Shown: piece by piece, positions 1 through 14,885 of the stretch | Layout of the letters: the number at the start of each line of letters is the position of its first letter | How positions within the stretch are numbered: position 1 is the stretch's first letter | Assembly: GCA_037379345.1 (NCBI GenBank) | Contig: CM074511.1 | Span: 23,419,171-23,483,170 of the forward strand | Direction: 5' to 3' | DNA length: 64,000 nucleotides | Source: Perna viridis | Lineage: Eukaryota | Notes under the pieces: generated by a model | Seen by the model: the letters and a program-made list of their open reading frames with translations, nothing else | Database searches by the model: none | What the model was told of the DNA's origin: nothing | Made by a program: the position numbers and the translations under genes

Positions 1-2180
1 GAAAATGCATACACATTAAAGACAAAACGTATGTATGTTCAAATTTGCTCTTCGGGCAATACCAGTCTGCGTCTATACTTGTCCCTCGGGCAATGCCAGT
101 CTGTGTCCAAACTAGTTCATTTAGATTAAAATATACGTTTTTGTATATGTGTATATGTATTATAAGTGCTTGTTTAAACCCTATATCTTTTACCGTATAT
201 CACAACCCTAATTGGAACACACTAGAAGTATAGTAAGAATATCTTAAATAACGAACGTGACAGGTCAAGACGTATCAAGCCTCGACTCATTTCACTCCTC
301 TTGCCGGAACCTTGGGTGATACACATGTATAGGAGACTCGGGTTGATATGGCATATGAAGCAGGTTTTGGCATTAAATATTTATTATATGCTAAACAAAT
401 TTCTGACCTTGCATATGCTTCTTCAAGTTATTGTTTACTTTTTGTCTAGACAAAAATAAACATACAGCAATACACAAAAGCTGATGTTTGTGTGTTTGTG
501 TGTTTGTGTGTTTGTTTTTTAATATATAAACCCCAGTAAACTATGAAGACATTTTAAATAAAACGGTTAACTTAAATCTAAAACATTAAAAACAGTTTAC
601 ATAAAGAACAGGTGATAAATAGGAATAGAATCATCAATTCCATAGATTTGATATCTTCATATCTAAAATCTTCTCCCATTATATAATCAGCAGACAGTAA
701 TAAATAAAGTCAACCAGCGATATTTCACGCTAAGAATAGTTGAAAGATTCTGTAATGCAAGATATGATCAAGAATGCTTCGCACGAATTTCCAACTATGA
801 CTCTAATTATCATAAATACAAATTTAAGAATATTTGTAAAAGAACGAGTATTTCCGTTGAAGTGCATGTGTAGGCATTAGATTGCAGCTTAATATGGTTT
901 TATGATCATATTTTTCATTACCACATGTAGAAGTGTGCCATAAATAGCACACAGATAAAAATAAAGAATTTTTACACGCATATTAGAATGAATTTTAGGT
1001 ATAGGTAATTAGTAAGCTGATAAATTCTAAATACGAAATCATAATCCGGAATGTTAGTTGTTTTAATTAATGTGCTATAAGAAAAACAAAAAATGCACTT
1101 ACTTATTTGACATGACCAGGTTAGCATGTTTTCAAAAGATACCATTCCATCCTCACATCACAGCTGTATCTTCCTAAAGCTGAAAATAAACAATGTAAAA
1201 ACTTCACTTCCGCCATGATCAAGGTAATTAATGTAACACACTTAATCGGAATTTTAGTTAATTACTGCACAGCTATCGGCAGTCACCTCTCCGCTCTGTA
1301 AGTATGATTAAAGCACGGTATCTTTTCGAAAAGGTATGCTCAAAAGACGGTTTCTGCACTCTATTAGGGTTCATTTCTTAAGAGCGAGAACTTCGGGATC
1401 ATTATCCGCTATCAATGAAAACAAGAGTGAAAAGTACTAGAAACCTTCGGAAGCAAATTGTCCGTACATTGTACACTGACGCCAATATGTGCCGCATTAA
1501 AACAATGGTATTTGAGTTACACACACAGGCACACCTTTTCTAATGTGTTAAAACAACGTCTATATTAGAAAATGCTTTTAGTTCCATTCATAGAATATTA
1601 CTCATGCAAATGAGTATCAAGGGAAAATTTGTAGAAATAGAATTTCGTTTTTACACGCAATAATTGTCTCGCAAAGTAGTTATATGCGAGAATGTTTTAG
1701 TTGGACGCAAAGGGATGAAATTGAATAACAATAAATTAATTATACGCCATGCTTTATTTGCCCAGTGAAATTTACTTCTGTTGTGTGTTTTATCGACTCG
1801 GTGTCAATCTAATTAACCCCGGAAAACGTCAATGTAGTCGCTTGCTAACGCAATTTACAATCCTCGATAAAACCGCTATGGAGAAAATATGTTTTCTACA
1901 AATTAAATAACAGCTTAAAACTTTGTTTTATTGTGAAAATGTTTAAATGATGAAACATGAAACTGAGAATGAATTTATTAATTTGCAATTTATCTCATAC
2001 AGTCGCTGTGAAATCCGTTAATTTGTTAGATCTACACAAGATACCACGAGTGTTATAATGGGGTCTAGTTTGAAATGTGTTAGATATTGACTTAAGATTG
2101 CTAACGCTGTTCTAACATTCAGTTCAGTAGATGCACAAATAATATGTTGTCACCCACTTTTAATTAGATACATAACACAT

Positions 2181-2257
2181 TTATGAAATCAAGGAAACCA
2201 AGATTCCAGCGGAAATTAAAAGAACACAATCCAGGGACAAAGACCAGAAGGGAGAAA

Positions 2258-2298
<41 letters not shown>

Positions 2299-2504
2299 AA
2301 TGACATAAAATAACCAAAATAATACGTACAAAGAAACAAGAGTAAATGAGCAACTCGGACTCCACTAAAAACTGGGAACATAGTAGACAAGGTGCACCGG
2401 TAGGGTAAGCGTCCTCTACTTTTCTAGAAGCACCCGTTGAGTTGTTAAAAAGGTCAAGTCCGGATTAGACGAAAGAGGAAAGGAAAACTATGACACGCTG
2501 AACT
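2181..2504 (-). mobile_element. Penelope-like element 3' end fragment containing an expanded (CA)n
   Basis: The reverse complement matches 16900-17190 (gaggacgcttaccctaccggtgcacc...tttttagtggagtccgagttgctcattt...ggtctttgtccctggattg). Confidence 0.88.
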
Positions 2505-5500
2505 ACTTTTGAGAAGTCTAGCACGGGACGAAATTTTGGGAAAACGAGTTGGTATTCCCTTGATCAATTGACCATCACCTGATGAGATGTCAGGTAGTTT
2601 ACTGAACAATGAACAAGGTTCAAACTTTCGATTATTTCATTGATATTTTAATCTTACTTTGAAAGAAAGTTTAAGTCTTCTTGTCAATTTCCATTTCACT
2701 ACTTAAAAATTGTATCAGATAATGACCATTCGTTCAAATGGAAGACCAACGGCGTTTTTCTTAAGTTGACTATAACAATAGTATTCGCTGTAACATATAA
2801 CCGTATTAGTAGATCGCAGTTCAACTGCAGGTTGATAGGAATACCTGATTTTCTATTTTCTATAAGACGAATCGAAATTGCAAGGAGAGATGAAGTAATT
2901 GATATCATCGATATCGCTGTCTATTAAAAACACCATTATTTAAGCAATAAACAGTATACAAACGAAATACTCGACGGTGGAAATCGCTAAGAGATTCAGA
3001 CTATTCGACCTCGCAAGGTATTTGTGTTAATATTCAACTTTCAAAGATCACATTTTTTAACAGGGTGACGCATTCTGGCCTCTACTTTGTCTCGTTAAGA
3101 ATTTCATTCAAGACGCCGTTGTATCGAGATTCGCTTTACAAGTTGTCTGTTCGTAATTACAAGCTAGTCTTGTCGGTATTTTTTTGATAATTAATTCATT
3201 TTGTAATTGAATATAAGGTGTGCTTGATGATGTAACATACAATTTAGTTAAATGAAAAAAGGAAGTTCATAATTAATTAGGAAAGGTAGCTTGATAAAAC
3301 ATAAAAATGGAGATATGTGCCATTAGCATTATCGTGCAACTCATATCAATTGCATTCATATCATATCTTATCGGTTCCCATATATATATTCTATTCTAGT
3401 AGCACTGCTATGACCTCTTGGAAAGCCAGGAATTATGATATCATATGCAAAAACAAAAAAAAATGAGAAATGAATTGTGTAACTACTTGCATCTGTAACG
3501 TGGGGTTTAATTACTATTCACCTACCAAAAGAATTCTATAAGCTTCATTTAATATTCTGTAAGGGTTTTCTATGTTTTTACTGTATTTTAATCAATCAAG
3601 AATAATTAAAATGCCCTATGGAGATGTACAATACTAATTAAAACACTTCTATAGAGCCGTGCTAATCAAATATTGGATTAGAAAACTAATTTCCTCCATC
3701 GTATTGAAAGATCACGCATTGAAGCTATGTATAACTAATACAATCATTGATTCTTGGTCTTCAAATAGAATATAGAATTCTGTAAAGTTCTATATGGTGT
3801 GTTACTCTTGACATAATTAGCTTATGCAGACTCAACTTGGGGTGCAAATAAAGAATACATCGATTTAAATGGCAATATAAAAAATGGTTGTTAGAATACT
3901 AAGAGAAATGTTTAAAGTAAACAAGGAAGTAAAAACCGACCAACATTACAAGTTAATAATGAATGTTGATTTAAAAGTCGTTCAAGCTCTACCAAATACG
4001 ATACTAGTTTTATCAAACAAGTATTCATTGCTCATAAACATTTTTGATATAAGGTTAAAATAATATGAGAAAAGAAACGAGCAACAGCCGAATGACACAT
4101 GAATATTGGTTCTGTGGTTCGTAACAGTTTCTGAATGAAAATTTGTGGGCTTGACTGCTACTTAATTACAAGGTCCTCGATACATCTTATGAAATCACCA
4201 ACTCCCGGTACTTTATACTATTGTATTGTACATGTACGTGCGTTGACGTGAGACAATGTAGCTACAAGTAACAGTCCTGTGTAAAGTGTATAAAGATACT
4301 ATGCATAAAACGTTCCAACAGTAATTAACATCAAAGAAAATGACGTTAAGTAATCGATGTAGACAAACATGATACAAATTTGTTAAACATCAAAATATGA
4401 ATAGCTGAAGCAGAATATGTAAATAAAATATAAATAGAGCGGAATTTGAAGTCTCAGTTTTGAAGCAATATTCTGATTCATTGGTAAAGAGACGCTTTGA
4501 ATCTACATGCTTAACAACTTCTCTTCTCATGATAATCTCTATAACTAAAACTCGGCGATAATGTAATAAGCTTTTTTCTTCAAAGAATTCCAGTTCAATA
4601 AAATCAAGTTGTTTTCTAATAAACACTTTCAGACAAAAATATTGATCAAAAGTAGAAGAAATCATTGCTAGAGACTGAGTTCCTGTGGATTTAAACTGAT
4701 TAACGTTGGAAATATCACTGTCTTGTGACAATATGGTAACATGTCAACGAGTAGCTTACCTCCGCGTTTCCGGATCCTGAACAATATTTATATGAGTCTC
4801 CCAAATGCTGTTATCCATTGTTTTACATTAAGAAATAAAAACACTAGAAAATAATCCAAGAAAATCAATTCCACGCACGAAGGAACGTTCGATGAAGTAT
4901 TCTCCTGTCAGAAGTTACATGTTGTGTGAAAACCGATCGATTCTTCACTGAGATGATTATTTAAGAAAATAGAAGATTTTTCTATCGTAAAGTAGGTTCT
5001 TATTAAAGATGGCTCGATACGAGATCATTTCACTCTCAAACTCAATTACTTGTCATTAAACGCGATCGATTCAAAACTCTACAGCAAGAATTATCCAAAG
5101 TCTTTAATTGATTTGAAATGAACTAGGGATCATGTAACAGCACTGGGTTTTCCATAATTAGGCTTGTATTTAAGATTGTGCCATGGGCTTCGATCGAAAC
5201 TAACTTAGACTATTTGATGGTGAACTTTTATGGTTGCTTTACAACTATTAATTTTCTTGTTTATTACTATTGACTTCTAATAAATGAGAAGTAAAAAAAA
5301 TCAAATCAAGCATCTATGAAAGAGACTTTGTATACGATATATAACTTTCCAAGGACATCATGCTAGAACAGAAATTAAAGGAAAGTCATTTATAATTCAA
5401 TGTACACATTCTATTTTGGCTTTATTGGTGACATAAGTTCATTATGTATTCATGACTTTGTTAGACTTATGCCCGCTAATGTTTAATTGTAATGAAGTAC

Positions 5501-8500
5501 AGACAATTTAATGTCTCTACGGTGGGAAATAGTAATAAGATCATTTTAAACTTTTTTTCACGTTATTCTCTTTTGCAATTACGGCTGTGTCTTCCTCTTC
5601 CCACCGTATAATTAACTTTTCTGATGGCAAACTATATTAGACATTGTTCTTATGACCACCTTGCTTGTATATACTACTGAATTATAAAGTTTATATAATG
5701 TCACATGCAGTTTAAATAATCTATAAATTGTGGTGAAAAGTGGTATAATATAAACGCTATCGAACCGTAGTCAGCCAGTGAACAGTAGTACAAAGACATT
5801 TTTCACTTTGATTTTGAAACAGATGTAATGAGACCTCGATTTCATATTTGATTACATCGACTTTTATCCATATTAATTTCTTTTGATACCAGCAGCAACA
5901 TATGTGATGAAGAGATGGTAGTTAAAACTACGAGAAATATTTTCTTTTCACACACCATCTCCTTAAATATGAAAATCAATTGTCAATATTTGTTTTACAA
6001 CAATATTTCCCCTGATTACTCCAATTGTTCGTGTAATTGGAATATAGAGATCACATACGAGAAAAATAATTCACTTTAAGAAACAAACACCCTGGTATCA
6101 TTTAGTTTTCTTCCTCTCCGTTTACTAACGTAATTATAGCTATATGATAGTTATTTTAGACCCCCAAGACACTAAAACACAAACTAGTAAGAAAAATAAA
6201 TAATTAAGTACAAGTTCACGTAAAATTCAGACACTACCATTGGAAAAGTGATTCATGGTCAAGGAAAACCCACCAAACAAACGATGCTTTTTTAGCCTAT
6301 ATATGCTATACTTTCACATAACAACAACCTTTTCTGTATTCAGATCTGCACTTCCGAGAAAATCAAACATTTATCCCCCACTAAAAGCAACCAAATCAAG
6401 CCAAATCAAGAACGATAACTCTTGCAAAGTACAAATTTCATGTACAATCTATATAATTTTTATCTCAAAAGCGCAACAACCAAATGAAAAACTAAGGCTG
6501 GTTACGTGATCAGTTACTGTTTATGAACAAGAAATAAAACAGAATTTAGCGGGTTTTGACATGCATGATTCACCATCTGTCTGATTTTTAGAAAAAACTC
6601 TACTTAAATATAACAAATTAATCTAAAGAGTTGTATTTAGTTTAATTGAATGTTGCGTGACTTACACAAGGTTATTTGACCATTCATGTATGCATTGAAA
6701 TCCAAGAAAATGTTTGAATACATTACAAAAAGGTCGAGTTTGTAAATAATTCTTTTCATATATCTCAGTGATTTATATGAAGTCAAATTAATGTACTGAA
6801 AAGCCTCTAACATTGCAATCTTAATAAATAGTATATGTTTCCTTTCGAGTATGAGTAAAGGTTGTGTACTAAAAAACTTATAAACCCCAGTTCTTCTTAG
6901 GAATGTATCGCTTGGTATATATGGTATATGTATAGCCAATATGGCTTAGGATAATATTTGGAAGCTATATACAGAAAGAGTTTAAAAGATTAAAAAAGCT
7001 CCAATATGATTCATCTTGAAATAAACCAACGAATTTAATATTAAATCGAATTTAACCCAACTGTCACCATACAGAATATTTGAACATGCTTCATCTGTTT
7101 GTTTACTAATATCAGAAACAAAAATAAGACAAAAATATATTTACCGTGATCGTGATAAGCTATTTTGGGAATGCATCTATGAAATATGTTCATTTTCTAT
7201 AGGTGTATAAATTATTAAGTCAAGTGACATCTTTGAAATATTTTTGTCGCCAAGCCAGTAGTGTCCATAAAATTGAATTAAAATTAGAAAATATAAGTTT
7301 TCTGTCCTTGTACTTAATTTACCAAACCTTGATTTGTTGACGCAGATTTAAGTGAAGAAGACTTTTAGTCATTTAATGTGTGTGCGTTTGTTTCTCCAAC
7401 TAAAGTCTGCTTAGAAAAAACCGATACTTGGTTCTATAGACTATAAAAGATCAAGATATATATTTTTATCGAGAAGCCGAGAGGCCAAGCGTTCCTTAAC
7501 AAATAATTTACATCAAATGCTCTAGTATATAAGTATAAGCGCCGATATTAACACATAGAAATGTTAGTTTAGTTTAGAAATCGGCGAAGAAAACATAAGT
7601 AAAATAACGTAGCCGCTTAACAAAGAATAAAGCATTGTGAGTTTGTGCCAAAATAAACTTTAAACAAAACAGCACTCAACTGATCATTTAAATTAAGTAA
7701 ATATTGTTTTTTTTTCATTGCCTCGAATTCTGACCTACGTAACTATAAAACATAAAGTTAAATACAATTCAAATCACCAATTAGAGTTATTTCACATGAT
7801 AATGAAGTGAATAAACTCAGATTTAAGTAAACACTGTGAATATTTTTATCTAATACTTTTTTTGTAAATAACAGATAAAGAAAAAAAAAGAATGTGCAAT
7901 TATAAAATATATTAAACGTCAAACAAAGTCTTATACATCTACTTACCACACATTCTTAAAGTTTTTCTGTTTCCATTTCAATGTGATGTAATACAATATC
8001 CGAAACGGAACTCTTAAGACAACTATTAATTATATCCGCTTTTAGCAAGACCAATATTTCTGTTTCCTTTCTGACGTCTTGGTTGCAAAGGAATAATGTT
8101 TTGTTTTAACAGGCGTTGCAGGATCGATACCTAACCCTGGATCAATAGAGACTTCTGAAACACCAGAGGGTTGTCTTCGGAAATCCATTATTTTACTGTA
8201 ATCAAACATAATTGGGTGATTTATAAAGGAGAGAAGTTGGGAACCTGTCATGTGGTCCTTAATTACAAAGGCATCGTTTGAAACAACGTTCAATATTTCT
8301 TGAGGTTTTGGAAAGATTAGGAAATAAAACAACTACCAGAAATCGTGTGCCGACCTAAGAAATGCGTGAAAATAAAAAAGTTCATAAGATCTTTTCTGGA
8401 CAAACACTTTTTATTTGTCCCCTTAACTGACTACTAAAATGTGTAATTGCTTAACACGACCTATTACAAAAGCATATGTCGACAATAAAATATTGCAATA

Positions 8501-11233
8501 TAAGTGATACAGATCGACAATACTCTTTTTAAAAAAAGTTCTTACGAGAAATTCGAAACCCTGATCTCATTAACAACGTTCTTATCACAAAAATATATTT
8601 ACCAGTAACACTATATTGCCGGCGATATCTTTAATAAATTGGTGATGTGTCAGTATCACTTCCTACCATCTTTGTAATACATATTTCATGTGATAATCTA
8701 GATGATACCTTGAGGTGTTTGAGGCTATCTTGTATTAGAAAACATAATATTACCCCAATATAGCTTAATAATTCATGGACTAAAATGAGAGAACTTATCG
8801 TTACAATTATCTAAATAAACAACTTTCTGAATCATTTGATAAAAGATGACTTAACTGGCATTCAGTTCTTTTAGAATGTGAATCATTGTGGTATTTTGAA
8901 AAGGGATCCCGAATTATAGTCAGCATCCGTAACGATATCTCGTAAACAAGAAACAATTACATGTTTACATACCAAACATGAAATGGTGATTCTTGATGCG
9001 ATCATATCTATTATTTCTTTAGTGTGTTCAGCTTTTTTTTTACGGTTAAGAGGGTATTCAGAATCAAATTTTAAAATGTCTTACTTTAAATAGTCCTCTA
9101 GAATGTCGTATTACTTGAATATAACAACATCTGAGATTTTTCTATTCCTGAAACTATCACACAATTTCCTACCTGAATTTTATTTCTTCGTTGTAAAAGA
9201 TTTTATCACTATAAATTATCATTTGAGCCACCTCACAACATTTATTATTTTTATTATTATAAAAGTTTGGTGTTGATGATATAATAATAATTCAAAGTGT
9301 GTCCGTAAAGTGAAAGGTCAAACTTTATATAAAAACCCGATTTTAACCTCATTCTTAAGTATCTTTATTGTCTTAAAAGACATCAACAGAAAGAATGCCA
9401 GAAAGCAATGACTTTACAACAGAAGAATATAGGATTAGAGACAGGCAGCTAATTGTCTAATGGTGTTCTAAAACGATATTGACGGATCTACCACTAGGGA
9501 AATCATAAGTATCTGTTACCAAGAAGAGTCACATATGCTTAACATCATAGCTTAGTGTATTCAATGTACGATTTGAACATAAAGAAATTAACATGAATAT
9601 AAAAATGAAACATTATTTGGAATAGACGTCGTATACTTGAGAAAGTCGGAAGACATCCTTGAACAGTTGGTAATCATACGATGTATTGGGTGTATAATTT
9701 GTTCGTTTATTTTTATGAAAGGAATAATGAGTTGTTTTATTGCAATTATCATAACTCTTGTTTTTGAGAGGATACAGATGTTCAATATTGATGAAAATAC
9801 TTAATTGTTTACAAAACAATAAAATAATACTTTTCTATTTGTAATCGTCTTATTTATTGACCACATCAAAAGTATTTACCGGGATTGTATTTCAAAGACT
9901 AACCAACCATGAAGGCTTTTATAGATTCATGTGCAGGGGAGCTGCTCTGCTGAGAATTCATGAATATATAACTTTGTAAATTTTCAGGAGTCCAGTTGAA
10001 ATGGATTAATGCCATTGGTTCAAGTAAATATCCAAGCAATATGTTTTAAAACATTTCAAACGAAAACGGCATTTGCAGCCACAATAATACAATGTGTAAT
10101 AGCGTCTAGTTACTTGGTAGTTTATAATGACTGGTTATGCTAATTACAAGCTGTTTTGAAATCACACCTTCAGAACACCGGTAAACACAAGAAAGATTAC
10201 TGCAAATATAATGAAGAAAAAAGCTTTAAGAAAATAACAAGCATTACGTTATGGGATCATTAAAACCATTCATAAATTACAAAGAAGATAATGAACTGGT
10301 GGATAAAAACGGTTTATTGATCTATAATGCTTTTAAAATCTAAAAGTCAGAAATGGACTGCAACCTTCTAAAATTATCATTGAATCGACAAAGTTATAGT
10401 ATGGCTTCAGTTAATGGAAAAAGAACCACGTCATGTTTTTAAAGACAATTGTTGAAACTCAATCATTTGTTACAGAGTGCACAACATCATGGAAACTTAA
10501 TCGCCTAAAAGTAATATACTCTTGTTTCTAGAACAGATATATTGACCTAAGATCGTGATTAGTAGAACTCTGCTCCGTTGATTCGATCTTGTAAAGGACT
10601 TATCAATTATTTCTTACGCATAGTACTTTTAAAAGTCAATATTTTCTAAAAGCTCGTGACATGATTTTGTGTTATTTTCAATTATCAAACATGAGTGTTC
10701 TCTCAGAATTCTCGAGAACAGAATAACACTGTATAGTCCATATGGTTGTTCCCAATTTTTTTCAAACAACTTAATTTTAAAAATTCGCTGTCGTATATGG
10801 TCTCAGATTTTATCTACAAACACCGTGATTAGTACAAAGAGGTAAGATTTTTTACTTGTACGTAATTTATGGCGGTTCAATTCCCTCCTTTTAAGATAAT
10901 TTATGTATTACTTTTTTCTTTAGGAAAATCCATGTAAAAGCAAAGTGATAACGCTGAATAACATCAAAATATTATAAAATTTCTGAAGTTTTAGATTGGA
11001 TTGAACTAACAAACTAGTTAATACTTGATAAGCCAAGGAAGCCAAGCAAAAAGTATAAAGCGAAGGATGTTTGTTAAATGTAAATCATAATCAAAAAAAA
11101 GAATTTGGTTCAAAATAATAAGAATATTAAGCAGTCAATATACAATTTACAATTAATATTTTAATGCAGATAAGAAAAAAAAAATTTTTTCAACAGAACG
11201 TTTTAGCAAACTTCCATTCATGATGCTCTTTAA

Positions 11234-11435
11234 GGATATAGATCTTAGGTAAAGGACATAACTCTTGAAATTAGTGATATGCTTGTATCATATTCAGTTT
11301 CATCAAAACCCATCAAACTTTCATTTGAAACAGAATGAAATCAGTCCAAGTTACTTTGAAGCTTATATGAGATAGATGTAAAAGTTGAGTACAAACGTTT
11401 GTAAGAGTTTTGTCCCTTACACTAGGACTACCTTC
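11234..11435. mobile_element. MITE of ~200 bp with ~38-bp imperfect TIRs and TTAA flanks (Kolobok-like)
   Basis: Left end TTAA-ggatatagatcttaggtaaaggacataactcttgaaa; reverse complement of the right end TTAA-gaaggtagtcctagtgtaagggacaaaactcttacaaa. A second copy lies at 12781. Confidence 0.75.
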
Positions 11436-11865
11436 TTAAGGTCCATTTGCATCTGCCAACAAATATTTACAGTGGAACATATAAAAAAAAATTAGAGTTA
11501 TGGCTATTTTAATAGGTGTTTCCATCGTAAGAATTAGTGCTATGAGCTAATGTTTACCTTATAGTCGTATCATTTCTGTCGTATCCCATTGTCTCAGTAC
11601 CAGTGTCTCATAGATTAGATTTGGCCGAGTATTGGATTGTTTTAAGAGTATAATCTCATCGAAGTTACTGATATCAATGAACTTTGTATTTGTATAAGTA
11701 TTTTGCCTTGTTTATTTGTTGTTTATCTGATATGTGACACTTTTTATTGAACAATATTATAATATGACGTACACAAATTCCATTAGAGAAGTTCTAAAAC
11801 TTTTCTGAGGTTAAACTAATAAAGAAGTGATAGTGAAAAAGCAACCTTTTTGTTTTTGACAAAAT

Positions 11866-12293
11866 AAGGATGATGTTTATTAGTATCTAACGAAATGAAA
11901 AGTTAAACGTATAAATTTAAATTCTTAAAACATTCAAGTTGAGGAAGGACGTACCCGTGATCACGTGATGAGCATCAGTTAAGTAAAAGTAACAATTGAC
12001 TGTCTTGTAGTAAAAGTTTTAGAAAAATCGGTTGACCATTTGCGAGTCGTTGTCTTTTACTGACAATTTTTGACAGTTTTTTATCTATTTTTTTTCGTTA
12101 TCTGTAGAGCTATACAAGATAATGGAGGAATTTCATTAGAAAAATTAACACAATAAAATATCTAGCTATGATTCCATTTATATACACATCTTTCAAATTT
12201 TAGCCCCTGAAATGTTTAATTATGATAAAAATGGAAAACAATTACGACGTGTACAAAATTAGAAATTTCGGAATTGAACTTAACATTTCTTTT
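11866..12293 (+). repeat. Diverged direct repeat of ~420 bp, copy 1 (copy 2 at 19307-19704)
   Basis: Collinear blocks: taaggatgatgttt-attagtatctaac, aacattcaagtt, ttgtagtaaaagttt, aaatcggttga, gagtcgttgtct, agctatgattccatttatata. Confidence 0.85.
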
Positions 12294-12780
12294 TAAGTTT
12301 TAAACTTCCATTGCTATATAATGATTTCATCTCAAACTGTGTTGCCTGGTTGAAACAGAGGTTTGCTCTCATTTATACGTTTCTTAGGTAAGGCTGTGTT
12401 ATTTACTACATATACAGGTATAAAAAGATCTGAAAATGTAGATATCGCTCGTTTTACATTACAGTAATACACACATGTTGGCAGATACAACATGGTCGAC
12501 CTGTCCACTTTGGCATAAGGGTCTCAATATAATTTGAAAATTGATAGTAATTTAATTTACAAATTAACTCTTAAGTTTTGTTTCATTTTAAATTTATAGT
12601 GATAAGTTTTTTACTAGGTTTTGTGAACACAAATTTAAGCTTATCTTCTTGGGCTACATGAACAATAACATTTTTCTTGGATGTGTTTTGTCGCCATATA
12701 TAGGTAACTAGTAACATATTTAACTTCAAATTATTATAAGTACATTATTGTTTGCGGCTTTCATTCCATAAACTTTGTAA

Positions 12781-12989
12781 GGAGACCCTATGAGAAGGGA
12801 ACATAGCTCTAAAAATAAGTGATATATTTGTTTCATATTTAATTTCACCAAAGCCTATCAAGCTTTCATTTGAAACAGAATGACATCAATCCATGTTATT
12901 TGATGCTTACATGAGATTGAAGTAAAATGCTGAATACAAACGTTCTAATTATTTGTAAGAGTTGTGTCACTTACTTTAGGTCTACCTCC
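12781..12989. mobile_element. Second, diverged copy of the ~200-bp MITE
   Basis: Shares the core ctttcatttgaaacagaatga and the right end tttgtaagagttgtgtcacttactttaggtctacctcc with 11234-11435. Confidence 0.72.
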
Positions 12990-14289
12990 GTAAATTATTC
13001 TTTTGGTCCTTTATTTTAGATAGCTTTGACGATTGTGACCCGAATCGACTGCCGTTGTGTATAATACAGTATCGATATGGAAACACACGCTTTGTCTTTT
13101 ACAATAAATTTTCACTACCTAAAACCTGTTGTAGTATCAATGCTGATGTGTTTACATGAATTCTGATATCTTCGGTTATTATTCACAAGCATGTAATTTT
13201 CATTCATGTATAATAAAAAGAAATTTTTCTCCTCTGTTACCAGTTTTTAACTTTTTTATATTCTGACTTAACTTCAAATTGAAAAAGATGTTCATTTCGT
13301 CGGACTTTTGAAGTCATGGCTTAAAACTAAAGCCAAAAAGATAGAAATGACAAAAAAAATTGAATAGTTCATATGCAGGGGTAGATAAAATATTACAGGC
13401 ATAAACGGAAAGTCAACGATTCCGAATAAAAAGGCTATATTAAGCAAGCAGAGCCAATTGTTCACTTAATTATTAGTGATAGATGCATTGAGTTAATTAC
13501 AAAATTAAAGACTGCTTATCTAATGAGTTGAACGTGAGAATACGAAATCTAGCTGCATATGTCTTTTTCTCTCAACAAGGGAAATTATAAAGTCAACAAG
13601 TCAGTTAAGAGGTTGGCGAAAAAAGATTGTTTCTTTCAAATGGAATACAGACTGTTTGTGGGAAAGTTTTTTAACCAAATTTATACCGATATGTGAAACC
13701 GAGATCTTGTCAATCAAAATAAAATGAACTTTGATCTCTGTATCACCCCCGTTGTTAGAGCCATGCCTCTGTGATATACGCATTAGATGTTGATCATTTT
13801 AACACTTACTGCTTCTTTAAACTTACACTCAACGTTACGTTGTAATATATTTGCTTGTAAACGTAAGTCATTTAAAGTGATTGTCCTGTCCACAATCTCC
13901 TGAATATTGTAGCGACTGAGTATCACACATTCACGACTTCCTAAAGTAAAAACTCAGGAGTTTTAAAACTAACTTGTGGTTTTAAGTTGTTGATTCTAAA
14001 CCATTCGATGTAAATTTGTGCAGACTTACCCGAATCAGATGCTAATTAAGGCCTTATCGACTACCATGTCAACATATTTGTTGTGAAAAGTGGACAGTGC
14101 TTGTTATCAATAAATGCATAATCTGAGTCCACGCACAGACGAAATGTTAAAAGAAGCGCACGCTTCTCTGTCTGTAGTTGCTTGTATTAGAATTCCCATC
14201 TTTGATGTAGTCCTAAAGAAAGGACAACAAGATATTGAAGACATGCGTAATTTTATAAGTAGAAATACTAATGTGGTGATATAAGTACC

Positions 14290-14885
14290 ATGAACCACGC
14301 ACCTTAAATTAGAATTATAAATTTACAATTTTTTTGGATGCCGTGGAGTAATACACAATAAAATGGATAAAACGAGAACAAGAAGACAGTAAAAAAAGTG
14401 GGAAAAGGCTGTGAGGTCCTCTATTTTGAAACGTATGAAAGTTTAAGTAGGTCAATGACTGTTAATGCTACGTCAATTTTCGAAGACCCTGATGTAGCAA
14501 AAGCATTGTCATCACTACGGAAGTTTTATGGTCGACATCATGAACTCGTGGATCGTTACGGTGTATCTGTCTGCACCATGAAAACTGATTTATTCAACGT
14601 GTCATTGCTATTCTTTCCTCTTTCGTCTACCCTGGACTTGACTTATTATGAACAACTCGGTGGGTGCTTTTAGAAATCCAGAGGACGCTTACTCTAGCAG
14701 GGCACGTGGTCCATGCTCGCTGTTTTTAGTGGAGGCCGAGTTGCTCATTTGCTTTTGTTACTTTGTTTAGATTATTTTGGTTACTTTATGTTCCCTGTTG
14801 TGTGAGTATGTTTTCAATGTCATGTCATTGTCCCTGGCTTAAAATCTTTAGATTTCCGCTAGAATCTTGATTCCCTTGATTACTC
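14290..14885 (+). mobile_element. Internally deleted copy of the same Penelope-like element
   Basis: 14509-14885 aligns by eye with 16822-17195. The upstream part reads like the pre-RT region of such elements (LDAVE...KWIKREQED...SIFEDPDVAKALSSL). Confidence 0.82.

Noticed and set aside
4390-6939. ORFs 4390-4731, 6255-6509 and 6637-6939
   Set aside because: No recognisable motifs or consistent splice structure; their lengths are compatible with chance.
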